Assembly (NCBI GenBank): GCA_000002435.2
Contig: CM018792.1
DNA: 64,000 bases
Reading direction: 5' to 3' (one strand)
Source of the DNA: Giardia intestinalis
Taxonomy: Eukaryota
The notes under the pieces were generated by a model that saw nothing but the letters and a program-made list of their open reading frames with translations, did not search any database and had not been told where the DNA came from. Of the stretch, positions 37,145 to 48,007 are shown in pieces (the first letter of the stretch is position 1; each line of letters begins with the position of its first letter). A program made the translations under genes and the position numbers.

Positions 37145-38536
37145 TTATTGGGAGGCCTGAACACGGGAAGCCAGGAGGATCCTCTTCTCCCGCTTTTCAA
37201 CCACTACTATTTCTCCACTATCGGTGCGTCCTACCTCACGAGTATAATCTTCGGTGATGGCGTTAGGGTTTTCGTGAGGAGCACATACATCTATCATTAG
37301 TGCTGTAAATGCGCTCTTGCTCCATCGCTGTTGGATATCGAGCAGTTCAAATGCCCTGTTAAGCGGATTGCTACTCAAATGGGAACGCTCTATGTACATA
37401 AACTGAGACTCAACTGAAAGATTGCGCTCTGGTGCCATCCAGCAGGCTGATGTGTCAACGCTCCTTAGGTCCCGTAAACTCCTTGGGGCCAGAAGATCCA
37501 CATAAGCTATAATGGGCAATGAAAATATCTCGCTGACCTTTTGCGCTAGCTGCTCTCCCAGCATTGCCTCTTCCATGTAAGCCAAAAGGAAGTCGTGAGG
37601 AAGAGATATCTCACCCACCTTGGAAACAATAGCTTTAAGTGTGAATTCAATTACGTGAATACCTGCTTTGGTCATGTGTATCCCGGACTGAGTGATAAAG
37701 GAGAGTACAATGCTTGCAAGTATCTGCCTGGAACTCAAGCGTATTGCAGTTTGAGGGCTTAAATGTAGACTCGTTGGGTCAGAGACAAACCCAGCCAATT
37801 TCTCCAGTGACAGTATACACCCATCGATGGCATTAGAAAGAGATATTATTGCGTGGGCAGCTACTCCCCAGGAGACCCCTGGAAGAACGCGCTGTATGAT
37901 GTCTACCAGAGCAGCTAGTGGTATTGATGGAGTGCACCAGGATAAAGTGCTTTGATCTGCTCCAAGACCACTCGGATCGCCTCCTAGAAATATGGCCAGT
38001 ATCTCGGCAACTTTACCGGTATGGAAGCGGGCAAGAGGATACTCCCCATTGGCAGCAAATAGGCAACGCTCTGAATTAGCGTCTAGATCACACGGAAGCA
38101 TAGCAAGGGATGCCAAGTAGGTACAGACATCTCTCTTTGTGCCAATATAATTAGATTCTGAAAGAAGCCTAGATAGATAGATGGGCGCAACAATGTTGCT
38201 TCCCAACTTTTGGGCGACGCAGCGCCTCAGAATACTGTTCACAATTGGTGGGCACGGGTCTAATTCAACAACTGACCCAAATACACACAGAACACCGTAT
38301 GTCTGTGATGATTCCGAGGCTTCACTGGGGGATGTTATAAGGAATCGTGTATTACTGCTGTCACGAGCAAGAAGCTTGTATATATGTGTGTCTGTGATGT
38401 AGTATGCCTGTGAGCCCTCAGACATTGCGACAACTTGACCGTTGCATTCATTTTCTAAATCAGATGGGAGCTGCATAACAATGTACTCTGTTGAGGTATA
38501 CTCCAGAGTGCTTGGAGCATGGATGAGACAGGTCAT
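37145..38536 (-). CDS. hypothetical protein (about 463 aa)
   Basis: The track start at 38569 is GTG. The first ATG is at 38536. No motif. Confidence 0.5.
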   Translation of the reverse strand: MTCLIHAPSTLEYTSTEYIVMQLPSDLENECNGQVVAMSEGSQAYYITDTHIYKLLARDSSNTRFLITSPSEASESSQTYGVLCVFGSVVELDPCPPIVNSILRRCVAQKLGSNIVAPIYLSRLLSESNYIGTKRDVCTYLASLAMLPCDLDANSERCLFAANGEYPLARFHTGKVAEILAIFLGGDPSGLGADQSTLSWCTPSIPLAALVDIIQRVLPGVSWGVAAHAIISLSNAIDGCILSLEKLAGFVSDPTSLHLSPQTAIRLSSRQILASIVLSFITQSGIHMTKAGIHVIEFTLKAIVSKVGEISLPHDFLLAYMEEAMLGEQLAQKVSEIFSLPIIAYVDLLAPRSLRDLRSVDTSACWMAPERNLSVESQFMYIERSHLSSNPLNRAFELLDIQQRWSKSAFTALMIDVCAPHENPNAITEDYTREVGRTDSGEIVVVEKREKRILLASRVQASQ

Positions 38537-39575
38537 ACACCCAGTACCAATCAGACTACTGCAGGACACTAGTGGTATAGATGGTAGGCCGACCGGCTAG
38601 AGAACGATGCCCTGGAAATTATTAGCAAGGGCACGTGCTTGATGGTTAACATTTCAAATGCTTTTAGATGGTCACTAAGGACTGGGCGTACCATAGACTA
38701 CATCAGCCCACGACCAAAGTAGTTCCTAAGGTAATGTTGCGTAACATTATGGCAAAGACGTTGGCAAGTGTAACACAATTTACTCTAATTGAAAGCAGAG
38801 CTCGCTATCGTGTTGCGTATCGTTACATGGCTATAGCAATTTTCTGTGGCAAGCGAAGTGCAGCAGGGATAGAGCCTACAACCTGATCCACAACACCTTT
38901 CTACATAGAGAAAACAATCGGTTAGCATGACCGCAAGCGGGTCACTGCCCTTCATTATGATTCTCTGCCAGGTGATACTGCTCATATTCAAAAACGAGAA
39001 CCCCTGACAGTAGCTCTAAAAGATCAATAAGCATTTGTTCTTTGTCCGGTCCCTCCTATCTATCTCTGCTTGTGTACTGCTCTAATCTCCACTTATCCTT
39101 TCACTATTCTGGCAGTAACGATACTAATAAGGATGATTTTCGCTTTTCTCAATAATTACTTTCAATCTAAGCTCCAGAAACAATGACGCTGGCTCAAAGG
39201 ATTTAGTGGAATGTTGTGAATGCGAAATAGAAAGGATATAGCTACTCCTATGCACGGACCTTGGGAGGAGACGTTACCATAACACAATGCTGGCGGTCCT
39301 GACAAGCGAGCAAATGAAAATTAATGCCAATACGTATCTGGTGCCGCTGCCTCCTAGACTAAGTGATAAAAAGAATAAGACGAATGCTCATATGTTTGAG
39401 CTGTCATAACATAGTCACAAATGGGTTTACAAAATGTCGACCCTCGCCTTCCCTATAACGGATGTGATACTGTGGTGAGCACAGAAGTATATCCGTGCCG
39501 CTGTTCGAGTCACCGTCATACATTTTTACTGTCACCACACTTTAACCTTTGAAGCTTTGTCTGCGTCTCAAAAAA

Positions 39576-41075
39576 ATGTCTATGCTTTCCTCTCTACTTG
39601 TTGGCCTATGGGCGCTCCAGTGCCCACAGGGCATGACAAGCCACGCTGACCGGTGTGTACCACAGTCGTGTATCAACAATAAGACAGTTTGTGGGGCCCA
39701 TGGGGTCTGTGACAAACACGGCATCTGTAGGTACAAAGACAGGCAAGCCGTTCCACGTGTCGTGAAGGAGCCCCAAGAGTGCATGGACGGCGAGCTCCTC
39801 TGCAATGGCCGCGGGCAGTGCGTGCAGCAGCCCGGTGGAAGCTATCAATGCAAGTGTGAGAACGGCTTTTCCCCCTTCGGCTCATCATCGCATTGTGTTC
39901 CAGATATATGCATAACCGGCGACAAATTATGTAGTGGCAGAGGAGAGTGTGTGGACGACCGCGAAGCCGATGAGCAGCGATGCAGCTGTGTAGAGCTAGT
40001 GACTGGGAACCAGTGCGAATCGTGCGACCAGGACGGCGTTGACGTAGATGGGAAATGCGTTTATAGAGAATGCGTGGTGACGTATCCGGATGGAACCATA
40101 GGTGAATGCAATGGGATCGGCGTCTGTGGAAAGCTCGATGGCCGCTATCAATGTATCTGCAGTCAGCTGGACTCATATACAATCGATCGCTTCACGTGCC
40201 TGGCCTATGCTTGCTTAGCAAGTGATCTGACAAAAGGAGTGTGTTATCGTCATGGCTTCTGTAAGGGGGGAAAGTGTATTTGCGACGAGGGGCACAGTGG
40301 ACACCTTTGCGAGATCACCAGTGTGGGCTGCGACGAAGGAGAGACGCAGGTCGGAGAGCGATGCTACCCGACAGGCTGCATCAGTGAAATAGGTGAGACA
40401 TCTCCTGTCTTATGTAACGCTGCTGGACACTGCAATTACAAAACAGGCGTCTGCGAATGTTCTATAGCGTACGTTGGCAGTCTCTGCACGGAGTGCGCAG
40501 ATACGGCAATACTGTTCAACGGAGCTTGTGTCGACAAAGCATGCGTCACAGATGAGCCAGATGGGAGCATCAGCGTCTGTAACGGTCATGGAAAGTGCAT
40601 AGAAGGCCTCGAGGACTCCGTGAAATGTCTTTGCGATCAGGATTATCGCACGATTGGCACACTGCTCTGTTATCCTTCTTCTTGCGTCAGGTTCAACGTT
40701 CTCTGCAACAATCGTGGAACCTGTATAGATAAGGAATGTGTCTGCGATGATGATTTCTATGGTGACTATTGTGAGTTTTCTAAGTCATGCCCCGCTGGCC
40801 ATCAGCTTGTCCTCGGCTACTGTGTGCCAAATGTCTGCGTGACTACTTATTCGGATGGCTCCAAGACCGTCTGCGGAGGCTACGGACACTGTGTCGAGAA
40901 GGAAGGCGGCCACACCTGCGAGTGCATTAAGGACGGCCGCTTCATCAACGGCGCTTGCGTCAGTGACGCCTGTATCACTAACAAGATGTACGACGTAGTA
41001 TGCTCGAATAATGGTCAGTGCAAGGGAGGGGTGTGTTTTTGCAAATACGACAACCCGTCGCCAACCTGCTCGTAG
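39576..41075 (+). CDS. secreted high-cysteine EGF/tenascin-like protein (no C-terminal TM)
   Basis: The track start is TTG. ATG at 39576 (aaaaaaATGtct) gives the signal peptide MSMLSSLLVGLWALQ. Many CxxxxC/GxC EGF-like repeats follow. The protein ends ...NPSPTCS with no membrane anchor. Confidence 0.75.
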   Translation: MSMLSSLLVGLWALQCPQGMTSHADRCVPQSCINNKTVCGAHGVCDKHGICRYKDRQAVPRVVKEPQECMDGELLCNGRGQCVQQPGGSYQCKCENGFSPFGSSSHCVPDICITGDKLCSGRGECVDDREADEQRCSCVELVTGNQCESCDQDGVDVDGKCVYRECVVTYPDGTIGECNGIGVCGKLDGRYQCICSQLDSYTIDRFTCLAYACLASDLTKGVCYRHGFCKGGKCICDEGHSGHLCEITSVGCDEGETQVGERCYPTGCISEIGETSPVLCNAAGHCNYKTGVCECSIAYVGSLCTECADTAILFNGACVDKACVTDEPDGSISVCNGHGKCIEGLEDSVKCLCDQDYRTIGTLLCYPSSCVRFNVLCNNRGTCIDKECVCDDDFYGDYCEFSKSCPAGHQLVLGYCVPNVCVTTYSDGSKTVCGGYGHCVEKEGGHTCECIKDGRFINGACVSDACITNKMYDVVCSNNGQCKGGVCFCKYDNPSPTCS

Positions 41076-41297
41076 CTTGCGTTGTTCTCATCTTTGGAAT
41101 TATTCTTTCTTACAGCGAATCCTTACCACTTTGTAACAAGCGCAATCCAAATTAATGTAAATTTGATAGGAAGAAAATAATTGACCGTTGACTAGCTTGT
41201 TAAGACGCCGCAGTTTTGCTATGGGGTGCGTGGTGGACTTAGTTATGAAGGGCAGTGCATCGTACAAGAGCCCGGTGAGACAGTTAGTTAAAAAATA

Positions 41298-42500
41298 ATG
41301 AACATCACCAACACAACGAAGACGTCTATATACCGCAGAACCGGCTTGAAAAAGCCTAAGGTTCTCTGCATCTACACCGGAGGTACCATAGGAATGAAGA
41401 AGGACAGCAGTGGTTCGTATACTCCTGTTCCAGGGTATCTACGGGAAGTGACAGATAGAACTCCGAACTTTAAGGACCCAGAAATGCCCCTCTTTGAGAT
41501 ACTCGAATACTCCACGCTAATTGACTCCTCCAACGTGAAGCCTCAAGATTGGCTCAACATTTGTCAGGACATCGAGGCCAACTACGCTGCTTATGACGGC
41601 TTCGTTGTAATTCACGGAACGGACACCTTGTCGTTCACTGCCTCGGCACTGTCATTCTTCCTACGGAATCTCAGCAAGCACGTTGTGCTGACTGGTGCAC
41701 AAATACCCCTTTCGGAGCTCTACAACGATGGGCTATTCAATCTTATAGGGGCTATATACATGGCCGGGTGGTACGAAATTCCTGAGGTTACGCTCTTCTT
41801 TGCAGGCAAGCTCTACCGTGGCAACCGCACGCAAAAGTACTCGTCGTGGGAGCTGACGGCCTTCGACTCTGCGTGCTTCCCTTGTCTGGCCCAGTGGGGC
41901 GCGACCATATCTGTACACGATGAATTCGTCATGTATCACAAGGAGTTCCTCGACCTTAAGGAGAACAGCAAAAGCAAGCACATAGGTTCGCTCGAGCAGA
42001 CAGAGTCGCTGGAGCTCATGGCAGACGATAAGCCCATGGACATCATGACCCACCCAAATGAGGCCCTGATTATCCCAACTAAGGTGTGCAACGACGTGGT
42101 GATGATTTACCTCTATCCAGGGATCAGCGGGCAAGACATCCTCGCGGCTGCAGCAAGCAAGCGTGGCGTTATTCTTCTTGCATACGGTGCGGGCAACGGG
42201 CCGACAGACGACAAGCACTTTGTATCTGCGATCAAGCTCCTTAAGTCTAAGAACGTTGTGGTCATTGGGGTCACGCAGACACACTGGGGCTTGGTGGATC
42301 TCGGGATGTACTCGGCGGGCTTGGGTCGTGCAGGCGCCATCTCGGGCTTCACTATGACACCATCAGCAGCATACACGAAGCTCGTGTACCTGCTCTCCAT
42401 CGGCTGTAGCTCGCTAGAAGAGATTGAAACGGCTATGTGTACAGACATCCGCGGGGAAATCGAGACCTTCCAGGCATCGACCGCGAGAAGTAACTACTAG
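41298..42500 (+). CDS. type I L-asparaginase
   Basis: IYTGGTIGM (asparaginase threonine signature) and VVIHGTDTL. ATG at 41298 with aaaaataATG upstream. Confidence 0.85.
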   Translation: MNITNTTKTSIYRRTGLKKPKVLCIYTGGTIGMKKDSSGSYTPVPGYLREVTDRTPNFKDPEMPLFEILEYSTLIDSSNVKPQDWLNICQDIEANYAAYDGFVVIHGTDTLSFTASALSFFLRNLSKHVVLTGAQIPLSELYNDGLFNLIGAIYMAGWYEIPEVTLFFAGKLYRGNRTQKYSSWELTAFDSACFPCLAQWGATISVHDEFVMYHKEFLDLKENSKSKHIGSLEQTESLELMADDKPMDIMTHPNEALIIPTKVCNDVVMIYLYPGISGQDILAAAASKRGVILLAYGAGNGPTDDKHFVSAIKLLKSKNVVVIGVTQTHWGLVDLGMYSAGLGRAGAISGFTMTPSAAYTKLVYLLSIGCSSLEEIETAMCTDIRGEIETFQASTARSNY

Positions 42501-42656
42501 TCTCTTTCCGCAGACATATCTAGACGTTTGTAAATCTAATAGGCCAGTGTTCAGCAAAGCATATGGCCTGCCGATTGGTGCGCTGGAAATGTTTATAAAA
42601 AGGATTCAATTTAGAATCTGAATTGTCCCTGCAAAAAACGGGTCCTCCGAAGCGTG

Positions 42657-42977
42657 ATGGGTATTGTATATGAGCATACGATCCGCCTCAACAAGGCAGT
42701 TCGGGGGAAGCCGAGTAAGAAGGCTGCGCCTATCGCCATCCGCGCCATCCGCGCACAGGTTGAGAAGCTTGCAAAGGTAGAGGACGTTCGCCTTGACCCT
42801 TCTGTCAACGTCTTTGTTTGGTCGCGAGGCATTCGCCACGTTCCTCGTAGGATCCGTCTCGAGGTGAGGCTGGAGGGAGACGACGAGCATAAGTTCGCCT
42901 ACGTCATCAACAAGGACGTGGAGAACTTTAAGCACCTCACTACAGAGAAGAAGGGCAGCGAAGACGGCAGCGAGTAA
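42657..42977 (+). CDS. RPL31: 60S ribosomal protein L31e
   Basis: TIRLNKAVRGK...VRLDPSVNVFVWSRGIRHVPRRIRL aligns with eukaryotic L31 (INIHKRIHG...[25 protein letters not shown]). The track start at 42654 is GTG. ATG at 42657. Confidence 0.9.
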   Translation: MGIVYEHTIRLNKAVRGKPSKKAAPIAIRAIRAQVEKLAKVEDVRLDPSVNVFVWSRGIRHVPRRIRLEVRLEGDDEHKFAYVINKDVENFKHLTTEKKGSEDGSE

Positions 42978-42995
42978 ACTTGTGCACGCTCGCAT

Positions 42996-45900
42996 TTACA
43001 TATGCTTTTTTGCCGTAAGTGGGTCGTCCTCGGCAGGCGCCGTCTCGACTGGTATCAACACAGGCTCGATCATGGGCTCGGTCAGGGGGCCACTTACATC
43101 CGGTGAGACGTGCTCAAAGTCGGGGCAGGTGCCTGGTACGATGGTAGGAGACGCTTGACGCCTCTCTCCGTACATCAAATCGGATATAGAGAGCTTCCCA
43201 GGGGTGCGGGTCACCGTTCTCGGATTTGGATCCATCTTGGGGGCATTCAGAACTGATATTTGGAGCGATTGCCCACAGTTCAACGAGCCAGCGGACTTTG
43301 GAATGACTGCACTGAGAAAGCTGGGATCATTGGGTTCTTGGATCTGCGTTGTGCTCTGTCGAAATAGTTTGGAAACCTGTCTCCTTGCTCGCGGGCTTCC
43401 CCCAGACGCATCTGTATTTAGCTCCAGATCAGTGTAGACGGCATCCACAGCTGCCTTTAGAAGCGGAATAGAGACAACACTCTCCATAGCTTTGTCGCTA
43501 TTGACTGTTGCTAGCTGCCTTTCTATTCGCTTTGTATAGGTCTCTAAGCATGCGATATGCTTCTGCCGAATGTTCTTAAGGGCCACAGCGGCAGCCTCCT
43601 GTGTCTGTGAGTCCGTGCTTCCAATCAAGGTCAGCAATCCATAAATACCGCCGTTCTGTCTGAAGAGAATAGCACACTTCTTGTTCTTAGAAAGCTCTGC
43701 AATACAAACAGCAGCTGCCCTGTTGGTGATAATGTAGGGATTATCTGTGGCCTGCGGATCTTTATCAACAGGTGCATTTACGTCAAGGACACTAGATGCT
43801 TCCTTGAAGTTGACATAAGACCCATACTGGTTGGGGCATTCAATAACTGGCCCGCCGACGACAGTGGTTTCAGCTTGAGAGATGGGGTCGAAAATAGAAG
43901 TGCCGTCTGTTGCTGTTATGAAGCGTACAATGGAAGGTATTGTCCCGAGAGTTGCAATTTCGTTCTTGTTAGGTTCTATCTTGGAGAGAGATGCTAGTGC
44001 CAGAGCACACTTTTCACGCACCAGCTGGAAAGCGTGAAAAGCATAAGGATGGTCTACCTTCGCGTCAGACACAGAGTACTGCCGTGTTAAGTCACAGATA
44101 ACAGGTAACACACCATACTCTGTCAATATCTTCGCATTCTCCTCGTCTCGGCAAAGTTCTGCAACTATTCCTGTCAACCAACCCTTACATTCTAATGTCA
44201 GGTACTTACGATATGTATTGTCTGTAATTGAGTCTGTTGAATTCTCGAGGACTGTTGGGCACTTAAGAAGTAAGCTTAGCTGCTCTAGAGACCCATTGAT
44301 TTGCCGACCAACCACCTGAGCACGACTTTTATCATAGAGCAAAGGCACTAACGCACGAGCTACAGCTGTCACTACAAGAAGATTTGGATGCTTGATAAGG
44401 GACCAGAGCTTTTTCAAGCCATCTTGAGCCGTTATCTGTTTGCACGTTTCTGGGTCTCCCTCGGCGCCAGTTCCTAGCGCAAAGCATGTTGCAGTTATAA
44501 CTTCTGGATCAGCGACATTGATGTGCATAAGTAACGCATTGAAAAGCTGTTTGCTGGCCCTAAATGCAGCGCGACCCTCCTTGGATGATAGAAGAGGGAC
44601 GAGAGCACGGGTTGCGCTGAGAACCAAGAGTCTCTTTTGCTTTGCAAGGGAAACTTGTATTTGGTCCTTTTCATCAGCACTAGCTGTCACAATCAGATTT
44701 GCCGATGGATTTTCGCTGACGCCTAGAACATCTAGGCTCACTTCTATGTGTGCTGCTAGGTTAGTAATGGACTTGTAGCGCACTAAAGCTAGGATGTTTT
44801 CATCGTTGCGTGCATTAAAACTAAGATACCCGTTATGAACACCATAGACCATTGAATCATCATAGCTGCCAAAATATGGTCCACTACGACAGACCAGCAC
44901 AATCGTTTTGCACGCAGATAAAAGGGTATCAACATCTTGGGATAATAAAAGTGAACTGAGCACGGCAAGACCACCAGCTTTTCGTACAGCCGAGTCTACA
45001 CCGGGATCTTGGGCGCAATTCGCTAAAATGGCAACAGAGCGCTGCCTCACACGTGCACTTTGTGTTTTTTGCAGAAGGGAGCACACCTTAGGGATACCGC
45101 CAAAGTGATGTATGTCTTGACGGCCTGCTTTAGATTGAGAAAGGGTCCTGAGAGTAGTGGTTACTGTTTCAAAGAGAAAATCTGGAGGGTTGCCTTCCTT
45201 AACAGCGTCTCCAGTCAATTGTGACATATCGTCAGTGATGGGAAACGTAAGGGGCATCTCCGAAATGATCTGAACCAAGACGCTGATGCCATTTTCCAGT
45301 CTGAAGGCCTCTCTACACTTTGCAGACCCCATTAGTGAATCTAGCACGGATGCTGTTGCATATAGGATAGAGCCTGCCTCAGGAGATGGTTTTGCTTGGT
45401 AGTCTTTCATCGCTTGACGCAGCAATCCAATAATTATAGGGACGGCCCCTATTTTCCGTGCAGTGCGTCGACACTCGGCGTTTAGAAGACAGCCAGCTAT
45501 CATTCGAAGGGCTCTCGCCTTTATTCCAGCAACAAAGGGTATCTGGGACGAAAACTGTGCTCGAACGACAGACAAGCCAATCTTCAAACCGTCATTATCA
45601 ATGATCATCTTCCGTGAGTCATGTGTGAGGTCGGCTAAGGAAGCTAGAATGAAGAGACTTTCATAAGCCAACTTTGGATCGCTCCTGATAAGAGTGTCTT
45701 GGGTCGCCCCGTCCTCCGCTGGCTTAATAGGATACAGAGATACTGTCGAGACAACGCGGAGCAGTGAAGAAATGCCTCCAGCGGTCAGGAAGAGCTGGCG
45801 AGTCTTGAGAACCGTAAAATCAGTCGACTTAAGCGTGGCAACGGCCAAGATTGCTTGCAATCCACTATTATCGTTTATTGCCTGAACCATCCGGACAAAG

Positions 45901-46223
45901 AGATTGCTTGAACTGGGAGCCACAGAGGGGGTTCCATGCCGCCCATCGTCGATTTGTGCCTTTGGACAACCCTCGCAGTCTTGGTCATCCAGGGATACAG
46001 AGTTCATTGAGATATCATCATCGTCTGATATCTCTGGGAATGCCTCTGTAGTAATAATCTCATCACGACCCTTTTGAGATCTGTGCTGCGAATATGCCAG
46101 CGAAGACTTAGACAGGCCCACACCACGGGACGCATTCAGCATACCAATGTTTTGGCTTCTTGCTCGGAAAATTCCGCCCAACGGAGTAGAGCCATAGAAA
46201 TCCGTTGCCTCCTTTGTGGCCAT
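42996..46223 (-). CDS. large hypothetical protein (about 1075 aa), probably helical-repeat
   Basis: Continuous ORF. The track start at 46274 is GTG. The first ATG at 46223 has tttaaaaATGG upstream. No catalytic motif recognised. Confidence 0.55.
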   Translation of the reverse strand: MATKEATDFYGSTPLGGIFRARSQNIGMLNASRGVGLSKSSLAYSQHRSQKGRDEIITTEAFPEISDDDDISMNSVSLDDQDCEGCPKAQIDDGRHGTPSVAPSSSNLFVRMVQAINDNSGLQAILAVATLKSTDFTVLKTRQLFLTAGGISSLLRVVSTVSLYPIKPAEDGATQDTLIRSDPKLAYESLFILASLADLTHDSRKMIIDNDGLKIGLSVVRAQFSSQIPFVAGIKARALRMIAGCLLNAECRRTARKIGAVPIIIGLLRQAMKDYQAKPSPEAGSILYATASVLDSLMGSAKCREAFRLENGISVLVQIISEMPLTFPITDDMSQLTGDAVKEGNPPDFLFETVTTTLRTLSQSKAGRQDIHHFGGIPKVCSLLQKTQSARVRQRSVAILANCAQDPGVDSAVRKAGGLAVLSSLLLSQDVDTLLSACKTIVLVCRSGPYFGSYDDSMVYGVHNGYLSFNARNDENILALVRYKSITNLAAHIEVSLDVLGVSENPSANLIVTASADEKDQIQVSLAKQKRLLVLSATRALVPLLSSKEGRAAFRASKQLFNALLMHINVADPEVITATCFALGTGAEGDPETCKQITAQDGLKKLWSLIKHPNLLVVTAVARALVPLLYDKSRAQVVGRQINGSLEQLSLLLKCPTVLENSTDSITDNTYRKYLTLECKGWLTGIVAELCRDEENAKILTEYGVLPVICDLTRQYSVSDAKVDHPYAFHAFQLVREKCALALASLSKIEPNKNEIATLGTIPSIVRFITATDGTSIFDPISQAETTVVGGPVIECPNQYGSYVNFKEASSVLDVNAPVDKDPQATDNPYIITNRAAAVCIAELSKNKKCAILFRQNGGIYGLLTLIGSTDSQTQEAAAVALKNIRQKHIACLETYTKRIERQLATVNSDKAMESVVSIPLLKAAVDAVYTDLELNTDASGGSPRARRQVSKLFRQSTTQIQEPNDPSFLSAVIPKSAGSLNCGQSLQISVLNAPKMDPNPRTVTRTPGKLSISDLMYGERRQASPTIVPGTCPDFEHVSPDVSGPLTEPMIEPVLIPVETAPAEDDPLTAKKHM

Positions 46224-46312
46224 TTTTAAAACTTGGGGCAGAATCTGGGGAGGAATCCCAAAGGGAGGTCTCACAACTCACCGGTTTACTCTGGGTAGTC
46301 TGACAGAAAACC

Positions 46313-46738
46313 TTACGCTAGCCCCATCTTAGAGGCGACGTCCATGGCCTGCACGTCCGGGGCCAGTCTGATAAACGCCTTCTTAAGTCCGAGGGGAGTA
46401 ATGAGGGTGTTCACGCGGGCAACCTTGGTCTCAAAAACGGTCTCGAAGGCCTTCCTGATCTCGGGCTTTGATGCCCTCCTGTCCACGATAAATACTATGG
46501 TGTTGTTCTTCTCGATCTGGGTTGTATTCTCATCTGTCTTAATCGGGTAGCGAAGAAGGTCACACGGATCATCCCAAGACCCCTTCTTGATCGGGTTGCG
46601 GGGATAAAGAGGTGCCTTCTTGTGAACCAGGGTCTTGGGGCGGAAGAAGTGAACATTGGTCCTTATCTTCTTCGCCTCGACCCGCGTGCCGTGCAAGATC
46701 GCCTTTTGGGCCTTCAGTGCCTGCGCCTTCTCGGACAT
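46313..46738 (-). CDS. RPL23A: 60S ribosomal protein L23a (uL23)
   Basis: KKIRTNVHFFRPKTL...NNTIVFIVDRRASKPEIRKAFE...VNTLITPLGLKKAFIRLAPD matches L23a/L25. Confidence 0.9.
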   Translation of the reverse strand: MSEKAQALKAQKAILHGTRVEAKKIRTNVHFFRPKTLVHKKAPLYPRNPIKKGSWDDPCDLLRYPIKTDENTTQIEKNNTIVFIVDRRASKPEIRKAFETVFETKVARVNTLITPLGLKKAFIRLAPDVQAMDVASKMGLA

Positions 46739-46796
46739 GTCTCGCCGGCACGAGATATTAGACGGCGAAATTTCAATTTAAAATAGAATCGCCAAG

Positions 46797-47099
46797 ATGC
46801 AGGGAAGCATGCCATCCTCCTCCGAAGACGTCACAACCTTGTGCTACCGTGTCACAGGTAAGGTCCAGGGGGTCTTCTTTAGAAAGTATACCAAGAAGGA
46901 GGCCGACGCGCTCTCCCTTGTGGGATACGTCACGAACAATGAAGACGGAAGTGTCTCTGGCGTAGTGCAAGGCCCTAAAGAGCAGGTAGACGCATTTGTT
47001 AAGTATTTACATAAAGGAAGCCCGAAATCCGTCGTCAAGAAGGTGAGCATACACGCTTCTTCCCGTGTAGATGCAGATGGGTTTGAGATACGGCGCTGA
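46797..47099 (+). CDS. acylphosphatase
   Basis: VQGVFFRKYT ... GYVTNNEDGSVSGVVQG matches the acylphosphatase signatures. Confidence 0.85.
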   Translation: MQGSMPSSSEDVTTLCYRVTGKVQGVFFRKYTKKEADALSLVGYVTNNEDGSVSGVVQGPKEQVDAFVKYLHKGSPKSVVKKVSIHASSRVDADGFEIRR

Positions 47100-47133
47100 T
47101 CTGGTGTGGAGACCTCCTAACACAACATGCGTG

Positions 47134-47808
47134 TCAAAGGATGGTCAGGACAAAGAGGAGAACAGGCTGCATAATCGCCCAAAGAAGCACGAACCAATTC
47201 TGAATCGAGATCTGGCGTCTACTGAGATATAGCTCCGACTGAGTAGCCTTTATACAGCCAATTCCGTAAAGAGCCAGGTGAACCCCGAGGGCAACGCCCA
47301 ACCAGACTAGAGCTATATAGTACAGCACCCGATTGAATATTGAGATAAATGACGCTATCACTGAAACGAATACTTTGTAGCAGGAAAGTGCTATTAGCTC
47401 CAGTTTGGGCACCTTAAGGCTTACACTAGAGGAAATGCCGATTACCACGAGTGCTTCCAAGCCAACAATTATAGCTGCAAGTATAACATTCCGTGTAAAT
47501 AGAGCAGGCCTGAAGCCTCCAGTGGAGAGAATCTCTGTGAATGCCATTATGACACCGTATGCGGCATGTCCCACCAGTGGCATGTAAAGGTCCAACGGTA
47601 GGTTTGTCGATCGCTCATTGAACCGCACGTAGGGAAACATCAAAAGGCCAAGACGCTTAAGGAAGGTGGAGGTCGTTATATTGAAGTATGGTCGCAGGCT
47701 CCGCCCCAACACACCCTGCTGTTCTTGTGCAAACTTAATAGCAGGCGCAGCTTGAGGAAGCGTAGCGCCTCCCAGCTTAGCCAACTGTGCCGGGTTGAAC
47801 AAGTTCAT
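47134..47808 (-). CDS. Yip1/Yif1-family multi-pass membrane protein
   Basis: RPYFNITTSTFLKRLGLLMFPY matches the Yip1-domain opening block YFxVxTxYVxxKLxLLxFP. Several hydrophobic helices follow. Confidence 0.6.
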   Translation of the reverse strand: MNLFNPAQLAKLGGATLPQAAPAIKFAQEQQGVLGRSLRPYFNITTSTFLKRLGLLMFPYVRFNERSTNLPLDLYMPLVGHAAYGVIMAFTEILSTGGFRPALFTRNVILAAIIVGLEALVVIGISSSVSLKVPKLELIALSCYKVFVSVIASFISIFNRVLYYIALVWLGVALGVHLALYGIGCIKATQSELYLSRRQISIQNWFVLLWAIMQPVLLFVLTIL

Positions 47809-48007
47809 GATCCTGTTGAGTTTTTAATGAATCATCCTACATCCAAACCTCCACCTATTTGCATACGACGATTACTGGAAGGCTTGCTGGTTTTTAAAAA
47901 CATGGATTGTTCTTAAGGTGCTCTCCCTGCGTCTTTCCCTGACTCTTGCCAGCTCAGCTAGCAAAATTGGACAAGAAAATTAATTAAATTCTGCCCGATC
48001 CCGATCT

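Noticed and set aside
38570-39575. Looked for tRNA genes in all intergenic intervals, including 15301-15543, 23596-24034, 38570-39575, 55703-56303, 61625-62019 and 63589-64000. I searched for GTTCGAnTCC-type T-arms and the aatgttGCGTaacatt mini-palindrome at about 38730.
   Set aside because: No T-arm or cloverleaf-compatible sequence was found. The palindrome is only 6-bp arms and was not pursued.
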